DNA of 40,146 nt. It comes from Octopus bimaculoides. Its lineage: Eukaryota. A program made the position numbers and the translations under genes. The notes beneath the pieces were generated by a model. That model worked only from the letters and a program-made list of their open reading frames with translations, did no database searches and was not told the origin of the DNA. Positions 11,579-24,636 of the stretch are shown here, piece after piece (position 1 is the stretch's first letter; every line of letters starts with the position of its first letter). The DNA lies in NCBI RefSeq assembly GCF_001194135.2, contig NC_068984.1:6390443-6430588 (forward strand), in the 5' to 3' direction.

Positions 11579-11683
11579 GCATATATTCTATGTATACATG
11601 CCAGTTTATGTTTAATGTTGTGTATATGTTTGAATACATCTTTAACTGTTTGCTCATATGGATATAGACTCAATGATTTTATA
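11579..11683 (+). CDS. Probable coding exon C (hydrophobic, likely transmembrane): AYILCIHASLCLMLCICLNTSLTVCSYGYRLNDFI
   Basis: Acceptor TATCTTGCAG|, donor ATA|GTAAGT. 105 nt, phase 0-0, open frame, after a 105-nt intron. It continues RRFL into a hydrophobic helix. Base composition is intron-like, hence moderate confidence. Confidence 0.55.
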
Positions 11684-11934
11684 GTAAGTGTGAGTGTTTT
11701 CTCAGGATAAATTTCTGAATGTGCATCTTCATAGATGTGTGTATATATTTGGTAGAATTGATACACTAAGTTATGATGAACATGCTATACAGCACATGAG
11801 TTTAGCGATTAAGGCTTGTCATGTTCAACATTTTAATGTATGGATGATACTTATAAATGAACAAACTTATAACTATAAATTTTAGTTAGGGAGAGATTAT
11901 ACTTTATAATGTATAAATGCATCAAAGTTTTTGT

Positions 11935-11998
<64 letters not shown>

Positions 11999-12908
11999 TA
12001 CACACACATGTATATACATATATTTATGATTGTTACTCTATATCCATATAAAGAGTGATCGGGACTACAAATTTTAAATAACTAAACAACAGTGTTGAAA
12101 CAATACATTTCCACTCCATCTTCACTCCATCTATCTTCTGTATCACCTTCTTTATATGACAAGAGGAAGTCTAATGTGTGATAGCCAATTATCATAATTT
12201 TTGAAGATAAGCCTGTACATGAAAATCTTTTGGTCCACTGACAAAGAGATAAAATCTTAGGAGATCTAGATTAACAATCAACATGAGAAAACTTGAGGGC
12301 TAAGATATTAGTCAGATAGCTCACTAGACGTCAGGTAAGTTTTAGAACAGAAGCAAATAATTGAACAATAAATAATTAAAGCGAGAGCAAATGGAGTTTT
12401 GAGGAAAAAACAAAACACCTTCTATTGCAGACAAAGAATTTATATTCCTACACAAAAGGCTAGCAATATGAGGCATATGTGAGAAATGTAAAAAATTAGC
12501 AATGAAACATGAATAAACAATTAGTATGATAGATGTATGCAGAAGGGACAACTTATGATAATGTAGATATGACATGTAAATAGGAAATGATTATGACTAA
12601 AAAGGTCAGGTGCATTGGATGTTAAAAAAGTAGATTATCACATAGAAAGAAACTGGAAGTAGGGACAATATATATCTGGGAACATTCTGGTTAGAAATAT
12701 AGACATTTGGCCAGCGCATCCAACCTATGCCAGCATGGAAAGTACATGTTTAACTGATAGCAATGATACAAAAGGTTGTGATTATATATATATATATATA
12801 TACATACATTTATACATACACACATACACACACGTGTAATCAACTAACCCCCTCCTCTAAAAATTTCAGGCCTCGTGCCTTTTATAGAAAGGATTATATA
12901 TACATACA

Positions 12909-12947
<39 letters not shown>

Positions 12948-12965
12948 ATATATATATATATATAT

Positions 12966-13016
<51 letters not shown>
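12909..13016. repeat. Compound microsatellite (TATC)9(TA)12(GATA)12
   Basis: Read directly. 12909-13004 is a perfect 96-bp palindrome, and the tract runs into a gap. Confidence 0.95.
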
Positions 13017-13744
13017 NNNNNNNNNNNNNNNNNNNNNNNNNNNNNNNNNNNNNNNNNNNNNNNNNNNNNNNNNNNNNNNNNNNNNNNNNNNNNNNNNNNN
13101 NNNNNNNNNNNNNNNNNNNNNNNNNNNNNNNNNNNNNNNNNNNNNNNNNNNNNNNNNNNNNNNNNNNNNNNNNNNNNNNNNNNNNNNNNNNNNNNNNNNN
13201 NNNNNNNNNNNNNNNNNNNNNNNNNNNNNNNNNNNNNNNNNNNNNNNNNNNNNNNNNNNNNNNNNNNNNNNNNNNNNNNNNNNNNNNNNNNNNNNNNNNN
13301 NNNNNNNNNNNNNNNNNNNNNNNNNNNNNNNNNNNNNNNNNNNNNNNNNNNNNNNNNNNNNNNNNNNNNNNNNNNNNNNNNNNNNNNNNNNNNNNNNNNN
13401 NNNNNNNNNNNNNNNNNNNNNNNNNNNNNNNNNNNNNNNNNNNNNNNNNNNNNNNNNNNNNNNNNNNNNNNNNNNNNNNNNNNNNNNNNNNNNNNNNNNN
13501 NNNNNNNNNNNNNNNNNNNNNNNNNNNNNNNNNNNNNNNNNNNNNNNNNNNNNNNNNNNNNNNNNNNNNNNNNNNNNNNNNNNNNNNNNNNNNNNNNNNN
13601 NNNNNNNNNNNNNNNNNNNNNNGAAGTGAATCTAACGGTTTTTGTGTGTTTCTTAAATGGCTTATAAAGACCTTCCACACTGCAATTGTTTGCGTTCCAG
13701 CACACGACCTCAGATCAGGTCACTTGCTATGCAAGTACATCTCC

Positions 13745-13775
<31 letters not shown>

Positions 13776-13811
13776 TTCCGAATTTGTGTGAATGTGTATA
13801 AAATAATATAT

Positions 13812-15240
13812 CAGTTGAATAAAGTTAAAACATGGTCTGGTTTTCATGTTTTTTTATTATAGTATTTTAACATCAAAAAATTATTTTGTAATGTTCATAA
13901 AGTTCAGTTAGTGCTTTCATACGTTGGTAGGAATCATCAGATTTCAAAATGTATTTAACTGACAGTTGAGGTCTTGACAACTGTAATACCTCTTAGAACA
14001 CTCCAACAAGCTGAATTTTTGGAATGTGGTTTCGACCAATTTGCATGCAGCTTAAACGTCATGACATACCGATACTCTGTACTTTGTTTATATTCATATT
14101 TTAAAGATATTTTTTAATCCACATCATTTACTGGTTGTTATATTATTGTTGTTATTTCCATTCAGAACAGGTTTGAACATTTTAATAAACCGTTTTTCTT
14201 TTATCCTACTTCCAGCCTCACTTGTGTCAGGTAGTTTGTGGAAAGGAAAAATTAGAAACATTTTCTGACCACATGCTTCTATATGTTCACTCAATGGAAT
14301 TTGGCAAACATTAGTGTTCTGGATTTGTTGTCTGTGGACTCGTGAGCGTTCCAATACTGCATTCCCTGTCTCGCCTATGTATAGTTCCTCGCGATTCAGG
14401 CATTTAATGCAATAGATCAAATTTCTGCTTTTGCAGTTTATATCTGCATTTGCAAAAATCTGTCCATTTTTTGTTCTAATGGATCTACCAGTATGCTTGT
14501 ATAGACACATTCCACATCTGTTATTATTACACTTGGATACTGTGAATGCTTTATCCTGTTATTTTTTCATGTTGAATTTTGCCTTTGTTAATAGTTTCTT
14601 TAGGCTATGTGGTTGCCTTTTGCTTAGATAAGTGTTTGATTAGTTATTATGTTTTTTAATTTTTCACTTTGTTTTATGATTGGCAAATCTGTTTTGATGA
14701 TGTTAAAAATGTTTTGGTTATGTAGATTGTGTGTTACCAAAAATGGTATTGTCTTCCATTGATGGGTTTGTCTCTTTCGTGTTGCCCTAAATTGTTCTAT
14801 AGTTATCTCTTTTGCTTGTTGTATGTTATTTTCTATAAGTAGGAGAAGGTGTTTTTGCTTGAGCAGAAATTCTTTGAATTCTATAAGTCATGTGGTTCTG
14901 GTATTTGGATCGTGTACTATGGTACAAATTTTCCTGGCTAGGCAGTATGACATGTTGCGTTTAATGTGTTGGGTAGCATGATTTGAAATTTAGGTACTGG
15001 TCTGCATCTGTGCTTTTGTAATAAATATCACTTGTGATTGTGGTGTTGTTTTAATCACCATTATATTAAGAAATGGTAATTGTGTGTTGCTCATTTCTCT
15101 TGTGAATTTGAGACTAGGGTGTAGATTGTTGAGGAGGGTGCTGAATTCTTCCAGATTTTCTTGGGATTTTGTCCAAATTAGGAAACAATCATTGATTTTC
15201 CATGCGTTCTGTACGTGTCTTTTAAAGGTCATGCCGTAGT
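13812..15240 (-). mobile_element. Penelope-like retroelement, 5'-truncated and decayed (RT C-terminus/thumb, GIY-YIG endonuclease, 3' pLTR)
   Basis: INDCFLIWTKSQENLEEFSTLLNNLHPSLKFTREMSNTQLPFL (14990-15232), SCYPTHIKRNMSYCLARKICTIVHD (~14900-14985) and CKSRNLIYCIKC..LYIGETG..ERSRVHR (14124-14510) are typical PLE motifs. Confidence 0.9.
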
Positions 15241-15298
15241 TCTCTTCAATTTATTTTTATTTAGGTTTTGTTCCAAGTATCCCAATACTGAGTTCATG

Positions 15299-15354
15299 AA
15301 AATACCACAATAAAAAATGTGAAAACCAGCCTATGTTTTAACTTTATTCAACTG
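15299..15354 (+). repeat. Inverted copy of the Penelope 3' terminus
   Basis: AAAATACCACAATAAAAAATGTGAAAACCAGCCTATGTTTTAACTTTATTCAACTG is a near reverse complement of 13812-13868. Confidence 0.8.
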
Positions 15355-15355
15355 C

Positions 15356-15387
<32 letters not shown>

Positions 15388-15544
15388 TGTATGCATGCAT
15401 GCATGCACGTACATACGTACGCATGTATGTATACAAGCTGTGTAGGCTAAATTTGACTGTTTGCATAAAAAGAAAAAAAAAATACAATATCATATCCAAG
15501 AATAAAGTATTTCAAAAGATCAAAAGGTATCAACTAAATTATGG

Positions 15545-16075
15545 CTGGTAGCATAATCAAGGTAGCTGCCCTTGGCTTCCACCATAGCCTCAAGACAGCT
15601 CTGGTATTTTGAACACCTTGAGTTTGGCCTAGGTTTTCTCAAGCAGAGCAGTTGGTGTCTTTCTTAACTGCACCCCACACATAGTAATCCATAGGATTGC
15701 AATTAGGGAAGTTAGGAGTGTCGCTGGGGAAGTCATAAAAATTCTCCAACTACTTCTGAGATATAGCAAAGAGGTGAATCCTGCTGTCACATACATGACC
15801 TTCCAGCAGCAACCCTCTCAAGTCAAAGAGTGGCCAGACACCAGCAAATTAACATAATCATCTGATTTGAGCCTAAGGCCCTGTTCAAAGATGTGGGGTA
15901 AGATGATGTTACCCTCACTGAAGACACAAATACCAGCTGTGTCCCCCACCCCTGCTTCATAGACACCATTGTAGTTTTACAGCGTTCATAGAACATTGAG
16001 CTGCAGTCATGATGTCAATATTTTGATACCCGGTGTGAATCATCATGATACAGGTAATACATTTTTAATATTCAG
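15545..16075 (-). mobile_element. Internally deleted Tc1/mariner-superfamily transposase relic (DDxxD, maT-like)
   Basis: Minus-strand frames give YQNIDIMTAAQCSMNAVK, then GICVFSEGNIILPHIFEQGLRLKSDDYVNLL, RVAAGRS..QQDSP, NCNPMDYYVWGAVKK and CLEAMVEAKG. Stops and frameshifts are present. Confidence 0.8.
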
Positions 16076-16308
16076 ATAACCTCCAGACTTCCATGTCTCA
16101 GCTAACTTTTCCACAACTATGACTTTAATCTTTATGCTCTCCAGTGCCATTAACTGTTCACCAATACATCAAACTATTCTTAAAACAAGAAAGGGGACAT
16201 AAAAATAGTCAGATTTAGCTCAAACACTCTGTATATATAATATATATGTATATTTGTATATATATATACATATATATATGTATGTATATATATATATGTA
16301 TGTATATA

Positions 16309-16400
<92 letters not shown>

Positions 16401-16421
16401 NNNNNNNNNNNNNNNNATATA

Positions 16422-16465
<44 letters not shown>

Positions 16466-16729
16466 GAGAGAGCAATATATAGGGACAGAGTAACAAGTAT
16501 AATTAAAGACTATTTGTATTTATATTATACTCAAAATTGTTATTTTGTGTTATATAATAGACCAAATTGTTTTCACTTATCACTACATTGAGACCATTTT
16601 GCAAATTATATTTAATTTTATATCATGCAGACAGGCATCACAGTGAATATTTTCCTACATGAGAGGATTAGTAAAATTGTTTATTTGTATGTTGTATGTT
16701 TAGACTTGTACATAACTGTACAACATGGT

Positions 16730-17300
16730 CAACCTTGAATGATATGAGTTGTAATTGTGAATTTGTATTGTAGGATTTTTTCAGGGAGTTGGTTCATATC
16801 TGGCATGTGATGTCTCTGGGTTTCATGCGGAAGGTTAAGAAGGAATGTGAACAGGAGTGAAAGTTGTTGGAAATGATAGCAAGTTGGCCATTCATGTATA
16901 GCTGGATAATAGGTGTGAGAGACAAAACTGAACATTGAGGTGCACTACAGTTGATAGAGTGTGTGTCTGAGAGAGTTCCATCAACACACTCCTTAATAGT
17001 ATGATCTATCAAGAAGCCACCTAGCTAAGTGACAAAAGTTAAATGGAGCTCATAATCAACCAGTTTTACTATTTATTACGAGACTTCCATGCTAAACACA
17101 GTCAATAGCTTTACTGATGTTGATTGCAGTGACACTATTTCCACCAAATTTCACAAGCATGTGATGGTTACTGAGAAGCACAAGTCAGATATGGTTGAAA
17201 TTTTTGATGATTTTGAGTGCAACAACATAGTTTTGCCAAAAATTCTTGACAAGTTCACTAGTGTGTTACAGTGTCATAGAAAATGGCCACAGTTCAGGAG
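16730..17300 (-). mobile_element. Decayed CR1/L2-clade LINE reverse transcriptase fragment
   Basis: KFGGNSVTAINISKAIDCV*HGSL resembles the ALDISKAFDRVWH motif. VDGTLSDTHSINCSAPQCSVLS resembles the GVPQGSVL motif. Confidence 0.7.
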
Positions 17301-18569
17301 GTAGGGGCGCTTGCAGGTTGTGTGATGCACCAAGTTATCATTTGGATTACCTAAAATGGTTTTACAAGAGTTGTGGTGTTGGGTCAAAGCTATCCAGTTT
17401 GTAAGATGGGATGGTTTTCACCAAGTAGGCCATATATTTTGCTAAAACTGCTGTAGTGCAATTATCAATAAAGCATTTGTGCATAGGAGGTTATTAGTTT
17501 AGGTTTATGTGCAGTATCATACCTAAAACAACATACTTAAGAAGGTTTCAGTTACCTACCTATCTGTTTCTAATGAATCTTGAATAAAATACATTCTGCC
17601 AGAAATAGTTAACATACAACTGGCAGAAGAACAACCATATAGCTGACTTGGAGTATCATAGAGGCCAGAAAGAGGCTGGCATTGTCTTGTATATAGATGG
17701 GCAGTGGGTAGTTCCCAAATGATTTAAAGGAAGGAGCATAGGTAAACATTATTTGAGATAAGTAATAATTGTCATGTATGTACATTCTTAGCAAAGAGAA
17801 GTGCATATTATGAAGTGGGCAGGAAAATTAAGCAAGGAAATTGAAAAGTCAAATATGTCTATATTGAATCTGTCACCCATTAAGCTCCTGTTAAGTCCCT
17901 ATCATTATCCTCTCACCTATCACTCACCTTTTCTCCTATCCACTTCACCTGTGTAATGAGGAATGACATTTGATCTGTCCATGTTCAACCCCTCTACAAC
18001 CACGCTTTAAAAACTCTGTAATAAAGAGGAGTTAAAAGGATAACACAATTATTACTTATATTGAATAACGTGCATCTGTGCTCCTCTCCTCAACTCATTT
18101 GGGAACCATCTTATCATGAACACCCACCACCCATCCACATACTACACAATACCAGCCCCTTTCTGGTCTCTATGGTGCTTCAACTCAGATACATGGTTGG
18201 ATCTCTGCCAATTTGCATACTAACTAAGGTAATAAAGTAACAATAATTTCACTGTACATTTGACCTGTAGACTTAATATATGAGTAGGGTTAGTTGTTAC
18301 AGCTACCTATCGAGCAAAAGACAGTCATCATCATCATCATCATCATCATCATTTTATATCTGCTATCCATGCTGGCACTAGTTTGGAAGAAGTCACAGTT
18401 TGTGTTAGTTATTATTCAGAGTTACCACCCTCCTAGATGGGTGATGAAGAATGACATTCCTGAAGTGGATAAGAGAAAAGTGATAGATGAGAGGAGATTG
18501 ATAGGGAATTAACAAGAGCATAATGGGTGAGAGACCTAGTATAGATACAATTTACTTTCCAGTTTCCTT

Positions 18570-18800
18570 CACCGTCACTATTTAAGGATCACTGTCAAGC
18601 TTGCTAAGGTACACAGGTCTTCTTTGGCACTGCATATTGCTAACCGTCATGGTTCTTTATCACCTCTTACATAAGGTTCAGCTTCCTGAGATCACTGTTC
18701 ATCACTGCATACCCATGTCTTCCAAGATTTTCGTCTTTCAGAGGTTCCAACCATTTTTAATGCTCAACACTTCTTTATCCAATTGACAACTTTCATACAT
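18570..18800 (-). mobile_element. RTE-clade LINE 3' end relic
   Basis: Minus frame VMNSDLRKLNLM*EVIKNHDG*QYAVPKKT resembles the RTE C-terminal VV..DL..L.L..EM..DR..WR.AV..KT pattern. Confidence 0.5.
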
Positions 18801-20560
18801 ATCATATTCCAAGTAGTAGATTCTAATTGTCATATTTGCAACTGTCAGGATGCACCAACTAGAAGACTTATGGGGAGAGAACAAAGTTCTATGATGCATA
18901 TAAATTCATCATTTGTTACACGGACATCATTCACAAAGTCAGATCACAAATAGCCACCTACCAGTCAAATATGTTTGAAATCCAAATTATCAAAGAAATA
19001 ATTGTGAACATATATATCTATGAAAGAGAAAGAGCACAATATTGGGAACACATAAGCATTTGAAAAAGTCAACCAGCTGCAAATCACTGATCATTTCTGT
19101 GGGTTGAACATTAAATAATACATACCATCAGCTAAATTAACAAAGTGTAGCATCAATTTCAAAATAGCGAGTGACTCAATTAATAGCTTGAAGACAGAGA
19201 AAATCTGAAATTCCCCAACCTTAATTTATTAAGACAGTATGCTGTATCTGAGGGAATTTAACTTTACATAGTAAAGCTTTCCTCATTGGCTTCATGTATA
19301 TGTTTCAGCATGTAAGTGAAGACCTCTTTGATCCCCAGGATTTGGTTTTTGTCTCTTGCACTCTTTATTTTCAATACCAATGATCTTACTGTTCTTCCAA
19401 GTCAACTAAATCCTTCACAAACTTACAAATTCTTGACTATGAACCCTTCCCCATCTCTCACAATGTAAATTATTTACCTCTCTGGCTGTTCACAATAATG
19501 TGTAATGTCAGTTATTGGGACTGAAAACTGTTCTAGATAACAAATTTTGTAAAATTTTTAATGGTTTTAGTAAAGTGGCTCAGAACATTAAATAGGTCCT
19601 TGCTGTTGAGAGGGTAGAATGTGAGGGGCATACCTAAATCCTGAAGCACACTAGAGTTAATAGTACATGGGTCAGAGAGGCCTCCACTGACGTATGCTAT
19701 CATTGAGAAGTCTGGCAGGTAATTTACAATATAAGAGACCAGTGTTTGATGGAGTCCTTAGATGCAGATCTATGATGGATAGTGTAAAATATATTTCTGA
19801 TGAATCATAGCAAGAAATATATAAAAAATCAATATAGTCTATCTTACTGAAGAATTACTAGAGGTAAAAAATACTGCTTCAGGATAATAATTTTCATAGA
19901 ACTTAGCAACAGATTTAGTGTACATATTAATATTCTCATCAGTTGTAGCTTTTGTTTAGTTACCTTTTTTTACAATTCCTAACCAACAAATTTCAATCCT
20001 TAACCCATTGCTGAGTTTCATCATTTTTTCTTTTCTCTTTGCAACTACACCATCAATATCTCTTACTCCTTACTCTCCACAAATTTTCTCTCTCTCTCAC
20101 TATGCTTAAGATAAACATTACATACAATTCTGTATATTTAAATATTATTTCACTTTAGCACTTTCTTCTTGTACATTCCTTCTAATTACAATTTTTGCTC
20201 TTTAAATAAACCTTGAACTGAATTAAATATCCAAGAAGTCATTTCTTTTCAATTTAGAAAAGCTTCAATAGGGGACAAGGCAGAACTTCTATGGCACAGG
20301 ATTAATAATATGCTCTTGTTCTCAGAGGCCTACTAATTTACTAGGCTGCCCATTAATTGTATTGATCCTTTTGAGGTTCAACATAATTTTACAAACTGAT
20401 CCTATTTATTTCAATTGCTTATCAATGATTTAGTGAATATTATATGTTTCTCTCTACATACAAACAGTTTAACACATTCATAATTCTATTAGAATTCATG
20501 TATTTGTATGTAAGTAAAGATGTGTAACTGATTGAATACATTCATTCTCTTTTAATTTCT

Positions 20561-20614
<54 letters not shown>

Positions 20615-20667
20615 ATACACACACACACACACACACACATACATGCACATGCATGAACACACAATAA

Positions 20668-20790
20668 ACTTCGCCATAGCTTCTGTGTACCAAATTTGAC
20701 TTATGCATTAGTCAACCTCAACTTATGGTTGAAGACACTTGCTCAAAGTGACATGTAGTGGGTCCACACTGCATGGCTGAGAAGTCAACT
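20668..20790 (-). mobile_element. Heavily decayed SINE of the 9336-9597 family
   Basis: AAGACACTTGCTCAAAGTGACATGTAGTGGG...GCATGGCTGAGAAGTCAACTTTCTTAC aligns to the 9336 copy. Confidence 0.55.
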
Positions 20791-22546
20791 TTCTTACTTT
20801 CCATGTATAGTAGCGAAAATTAGCAAACCGTACTTATGGGTTGGAAGTTAACTGAGAGCGGACATTCATTGAAAGTTTTCAGTATTAGAGTGTCTATAAA
20901 GAACTACAAACTTTAAAATCAAGCTGGAATATATAAAGATGATACAAACAAGGCTGTGTTTATTTCGGATATCAATTCTGAATTGGTGTATGCTATAGGT
21001 CTATGACAAAATCATAAGCTCTAGTCTTTTGACAATATAGCAAAGTTTATATAGGTTATTGATGGTTATACTTATGAAATAATCTAAATATACATTCTTC
21101 ACCATTACCATTATCATTTTTATGTCCACATTTCCATGCTGGTATGTGTTAGAAGGGATTTTTTTATGGCTGGATGCGCTTCTTGATACCAACACTTTTA
21201 GTTGTCTTTTACAATACCCAGGGATATGGTTTACCTATTCTAAAATCTGGAATTATATAGAACATTAAAAGGATTTCCCTCTAAAATACGTAGCTGTTTT
21301 ATGTTGTATAGGTCTTCACTTTTGCAAAGAATTATCACTTTTGCTTAATCAAAAGTGCCTTGGAAGTTAGTCAATTTGCCACAAACAGAGGAGTGAAAGA
21401 AGTTCTGCATTTGTACATCATTTCTCAACAATGAAATATGTTGTTGCTGCTTTTTTTTTTTTTTTCAATGCAGCTAAATGAAACTCATGCATTAATACAC
21501 AGAGAAAAATAGAAGTCTGTGCAGAGAAATGATATCCTTGCTAATCCTCTTTGTTTTAATAAGTTTTATATATTAGATCTAGCCATTTGCCTTCAGCCAT
21601 TTTGGTAAAGACAAATTGCAATTTTATGAATACATTGTGGAAACTTATTAACTGTCCTCCACATATGCAAGTGCATGTATTTGTATTGCACATAGATGTA
21701 TTTATGTGTCTGTATTTGTTTATGAATGTTTTTGTATATGTGTCTATGCCTATGAGCCATTATTCAGCTATTTAGGTAAAATTATTGTTATACTTGAATA
21801 TATACAAATGTAGAGATATGAATGCATCTTATGTATGCCTGCAGATGTCTTTTCTAGGAAGATCTATTTCTGTATTTGAAGTTAGTTAGAATGATGCATT
21901 ACTCTCCCCATGCTCTCTCTCTCTCTCTTTCTTCCTCACTCTATCTGTCTCATGTTTGTTCCATCTGTGTGTGTGTGAGAGAGAGTTTAAAAGAAGCTTT
22001 GCATATGGTTTAAAAAATATGTGTATTTATTTGTTGGATAATCTGAGTATATGAATATGTTGAACTAGACTACATTAGAAAGTTGTCATTACACAAAAAT
22101 ATGCACTGTAAGATTCATTACATTAAAGCTCACCAGAAATCCAACACGGTAGTAATAATATGTGGTATGGTATTATATGTGTATGTGACTGACAGATGTT
22201 AAAAGGGGTATATGCATATAAGCCATATTGAAATAGAATATCACATAATTATGTAGTGACAGATATCAGATACTCTATGCTTCTTTATAAGACAAGACCC
22301 ATATATATTACAGATTATCCACAGGATTGAAGAATTTTGGAGTGTTCATGAATTATAAAAATTTTCATACCCCGTTACCAATTTGATCAACTACATCATT
22401 CTTTGAAAATATCATAACAGAGATTAACAAATGTATTTGTATTAACTAATATTTTTGCCTTCAGTGAAGATTTGAACCAAAAACATCTAAAAGCTCTTGA
22501 GGTCTTACTTACATACTTTGCCACATTCCTACTTTCACATAAATGA

Positions 22547-22550
<4 letters not shown>

Positions 22551-22635
<85 letters not shown>

Positions 22636-22768
22636 CACACACACATACACATATATACATGCACATACACAAATACATATATACATACACATATATATCT
22701 CTGTGTGTGTATGTGTATGTATGTATGTATGTTTATACACACACATACATTTATAATACACATGTATA

Positions 22769-22814
<46 letters not shown>

Positions 22815-22916
22815 TATGAGGAATGAAATTAAAATCATATACATACATCACCATGCACATTCACACACATATACATAAATATATATTATACATACACTGA
22901 CCTATTTGCACATATC

Positions 22917-22960
<44 letters not shown>
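22551..22960. repeat. (CA)n/(TA)n compound microsatellite block
   Basis: Read directly. It produces the overlapping HTHT/VCVC/YIYI ORFs. Confidence 0.95.
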
Positions 22961-22965
<5 letters not shown>

Positions 22966-23365
22966 ACACTTCAATATGCCTCTATGCATTACTATATGTG
23001 TGCATTGTGTGTTTGTGTATATATGCATGAATGTACAGATAATGAACATATACTGATACATTTATGCTTTCAAGTTCTGCTACATACACACATGCATACA
23101 TATACACACTCACAAATACATGAATAAACGTGCTTGCATTTGTTTGTGTGACTGTGTTTATATATGTGTATATATTTATTTAAATAATATATGTATATTT
23201 AATTACAAACACACATACATATACAGCTCTGCATGTACACATAAACCTAATTCTGTTTTTACTCTAAATTTAATACAAAGTGGATGCACAGAGATAAATG
23301 AATTTCTTAAAAATCATTCCAATTTGTTATACATTATATTATATAATTCCTTCTTCATTGCAAAG

Positions 23366-23499
23366 CAACATTACCATTGTCTATGAAGCCTCAGCAGAGT
23401 TTCTGCCATGCTGGCACCAATCAAGACTCTTGTGGCTATTCCTCTCTTGTATTCTTTTTACTGCTCCGAGGAGGGAAGGGGCTTTACAGAAAACAAAGT
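23366..23499 (+). CDS. Candidate exon, frame unresolved
   Basis: Strong donor AGT|GTAAGT at 23500, weak acceptor (CTTCATTGCAAAG|, or CCTCAG/CAGCAG further in), GC-richer than flanks. More than one frame is open. Confidence 0.2.
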
Positions 23500-24276
23500 G
23501 TAAGTAATGGGCTGAACCTTTCATGTTGAGCTGTATAGCTTCGTCAATGCCTACAGTACAGTCCATGGGTGTCTTCATGCTTGTTGTACATAGGCCTTAT
23601 ATTTATATATATATATATTCTTGGCAGTAGCAAACCTATGGAATATAAATATGTTTTTGTCATGTTTGGGCTGACATTTGTTTTGTATATGTATACTTAC
23701 ACACACAGACAAACACTTGAAAACATACAGACATGTGTCCATTTTACTAATGTTGAAAGATATGCTAATTGCACTCCACCCGTATAATTATGAATATTGA
23801 CATCAATTTTAATTATTTACCTGAGTTTAATGACATTGATGAATTTACAATGTAAAAGTATATTCATATATACACTCATATATATACACTAAACCACATA
23901 TCATTAACTTTCATTATGCTTGCATGTTAAGTGAGATACAAGTTTGCAGGCATGTGAGTCCGTATATATGCACATCTACTAACATATAAACTAGCTGATG
24001 CACTTTGCCTATATAACTTCTTAGCAACATTTCACTCTATCTATTTACATACTAACATACTTATCTCAAATTTATAATCATTTCCATATTTAATTATATT
24101 TGTAATGACTTTCCTGCTTGTCCATTTGCCTGCTTAGATATGTGCCATTCAGTTTGCCTTCTTAAGTATTATCCTATCCATTTGCTTATTATTCCAATGT
24201 GAAATGTAATGTATCCCATTCTTATATTCATATATGTGCAAAACCACACAGATACATGCACACAGACACAGACACA

Positions 24277-24314
<38 letters not shown>

Positions 24315-24478
24315 NNNNNNNNNNNNNNNNNNNNNNNNNNNNNNNNNNNNNNNNNNNNNNNNNNNNNNNNNNNNNNNNNNNNNNNNNNNNNNNNNNNNNN
24401 NNNNNNNNNNNNNNNNNNNNNNNNNNNNNNNNNNNNNNNNNNNNNNNNNNNNNNNNNNNNNNNNNNNNNNNNNNNNNN

Positions 24479-24543
<65 letters not shown>

Positions 24544-24603
24544 TATATATCGAATGCCTTATGACATAGATTCTTGATTTATTAAAATTATCTCCACCTC
24601 TAG

Positions 24604-24636
24604 AAGGTGGATTATAACTACGAAACGGGAATTAAG
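24604..24636 (+). CDS. Candidate 33-nt exon (KVDYNYETGIK, or RWIITTKRELR in frame 2)
   Basis: Acceptor TCTCCACCTCTAG|, donor AAG|GTAAGA, frame-preserving length. Confidence 0.3.

Noticed and set aside
9038-13705. Long ORFs containing X runs (also 24199-24577, 26492-26964, 28716-29147, 37559-38413)
   Set aside because: They are open only because they cross N gaps.
22497-23127. Many overlapping ORFs with HTHT, VCVC or YIYI runs (also at 1258, 6209, 16215, 24880-25821, 36955-38413)
   Set aside because: They are translations of (CA)n, (TA)n and (GA)n microsatellites, which lack stops in several frames. No splice or codon evidence.
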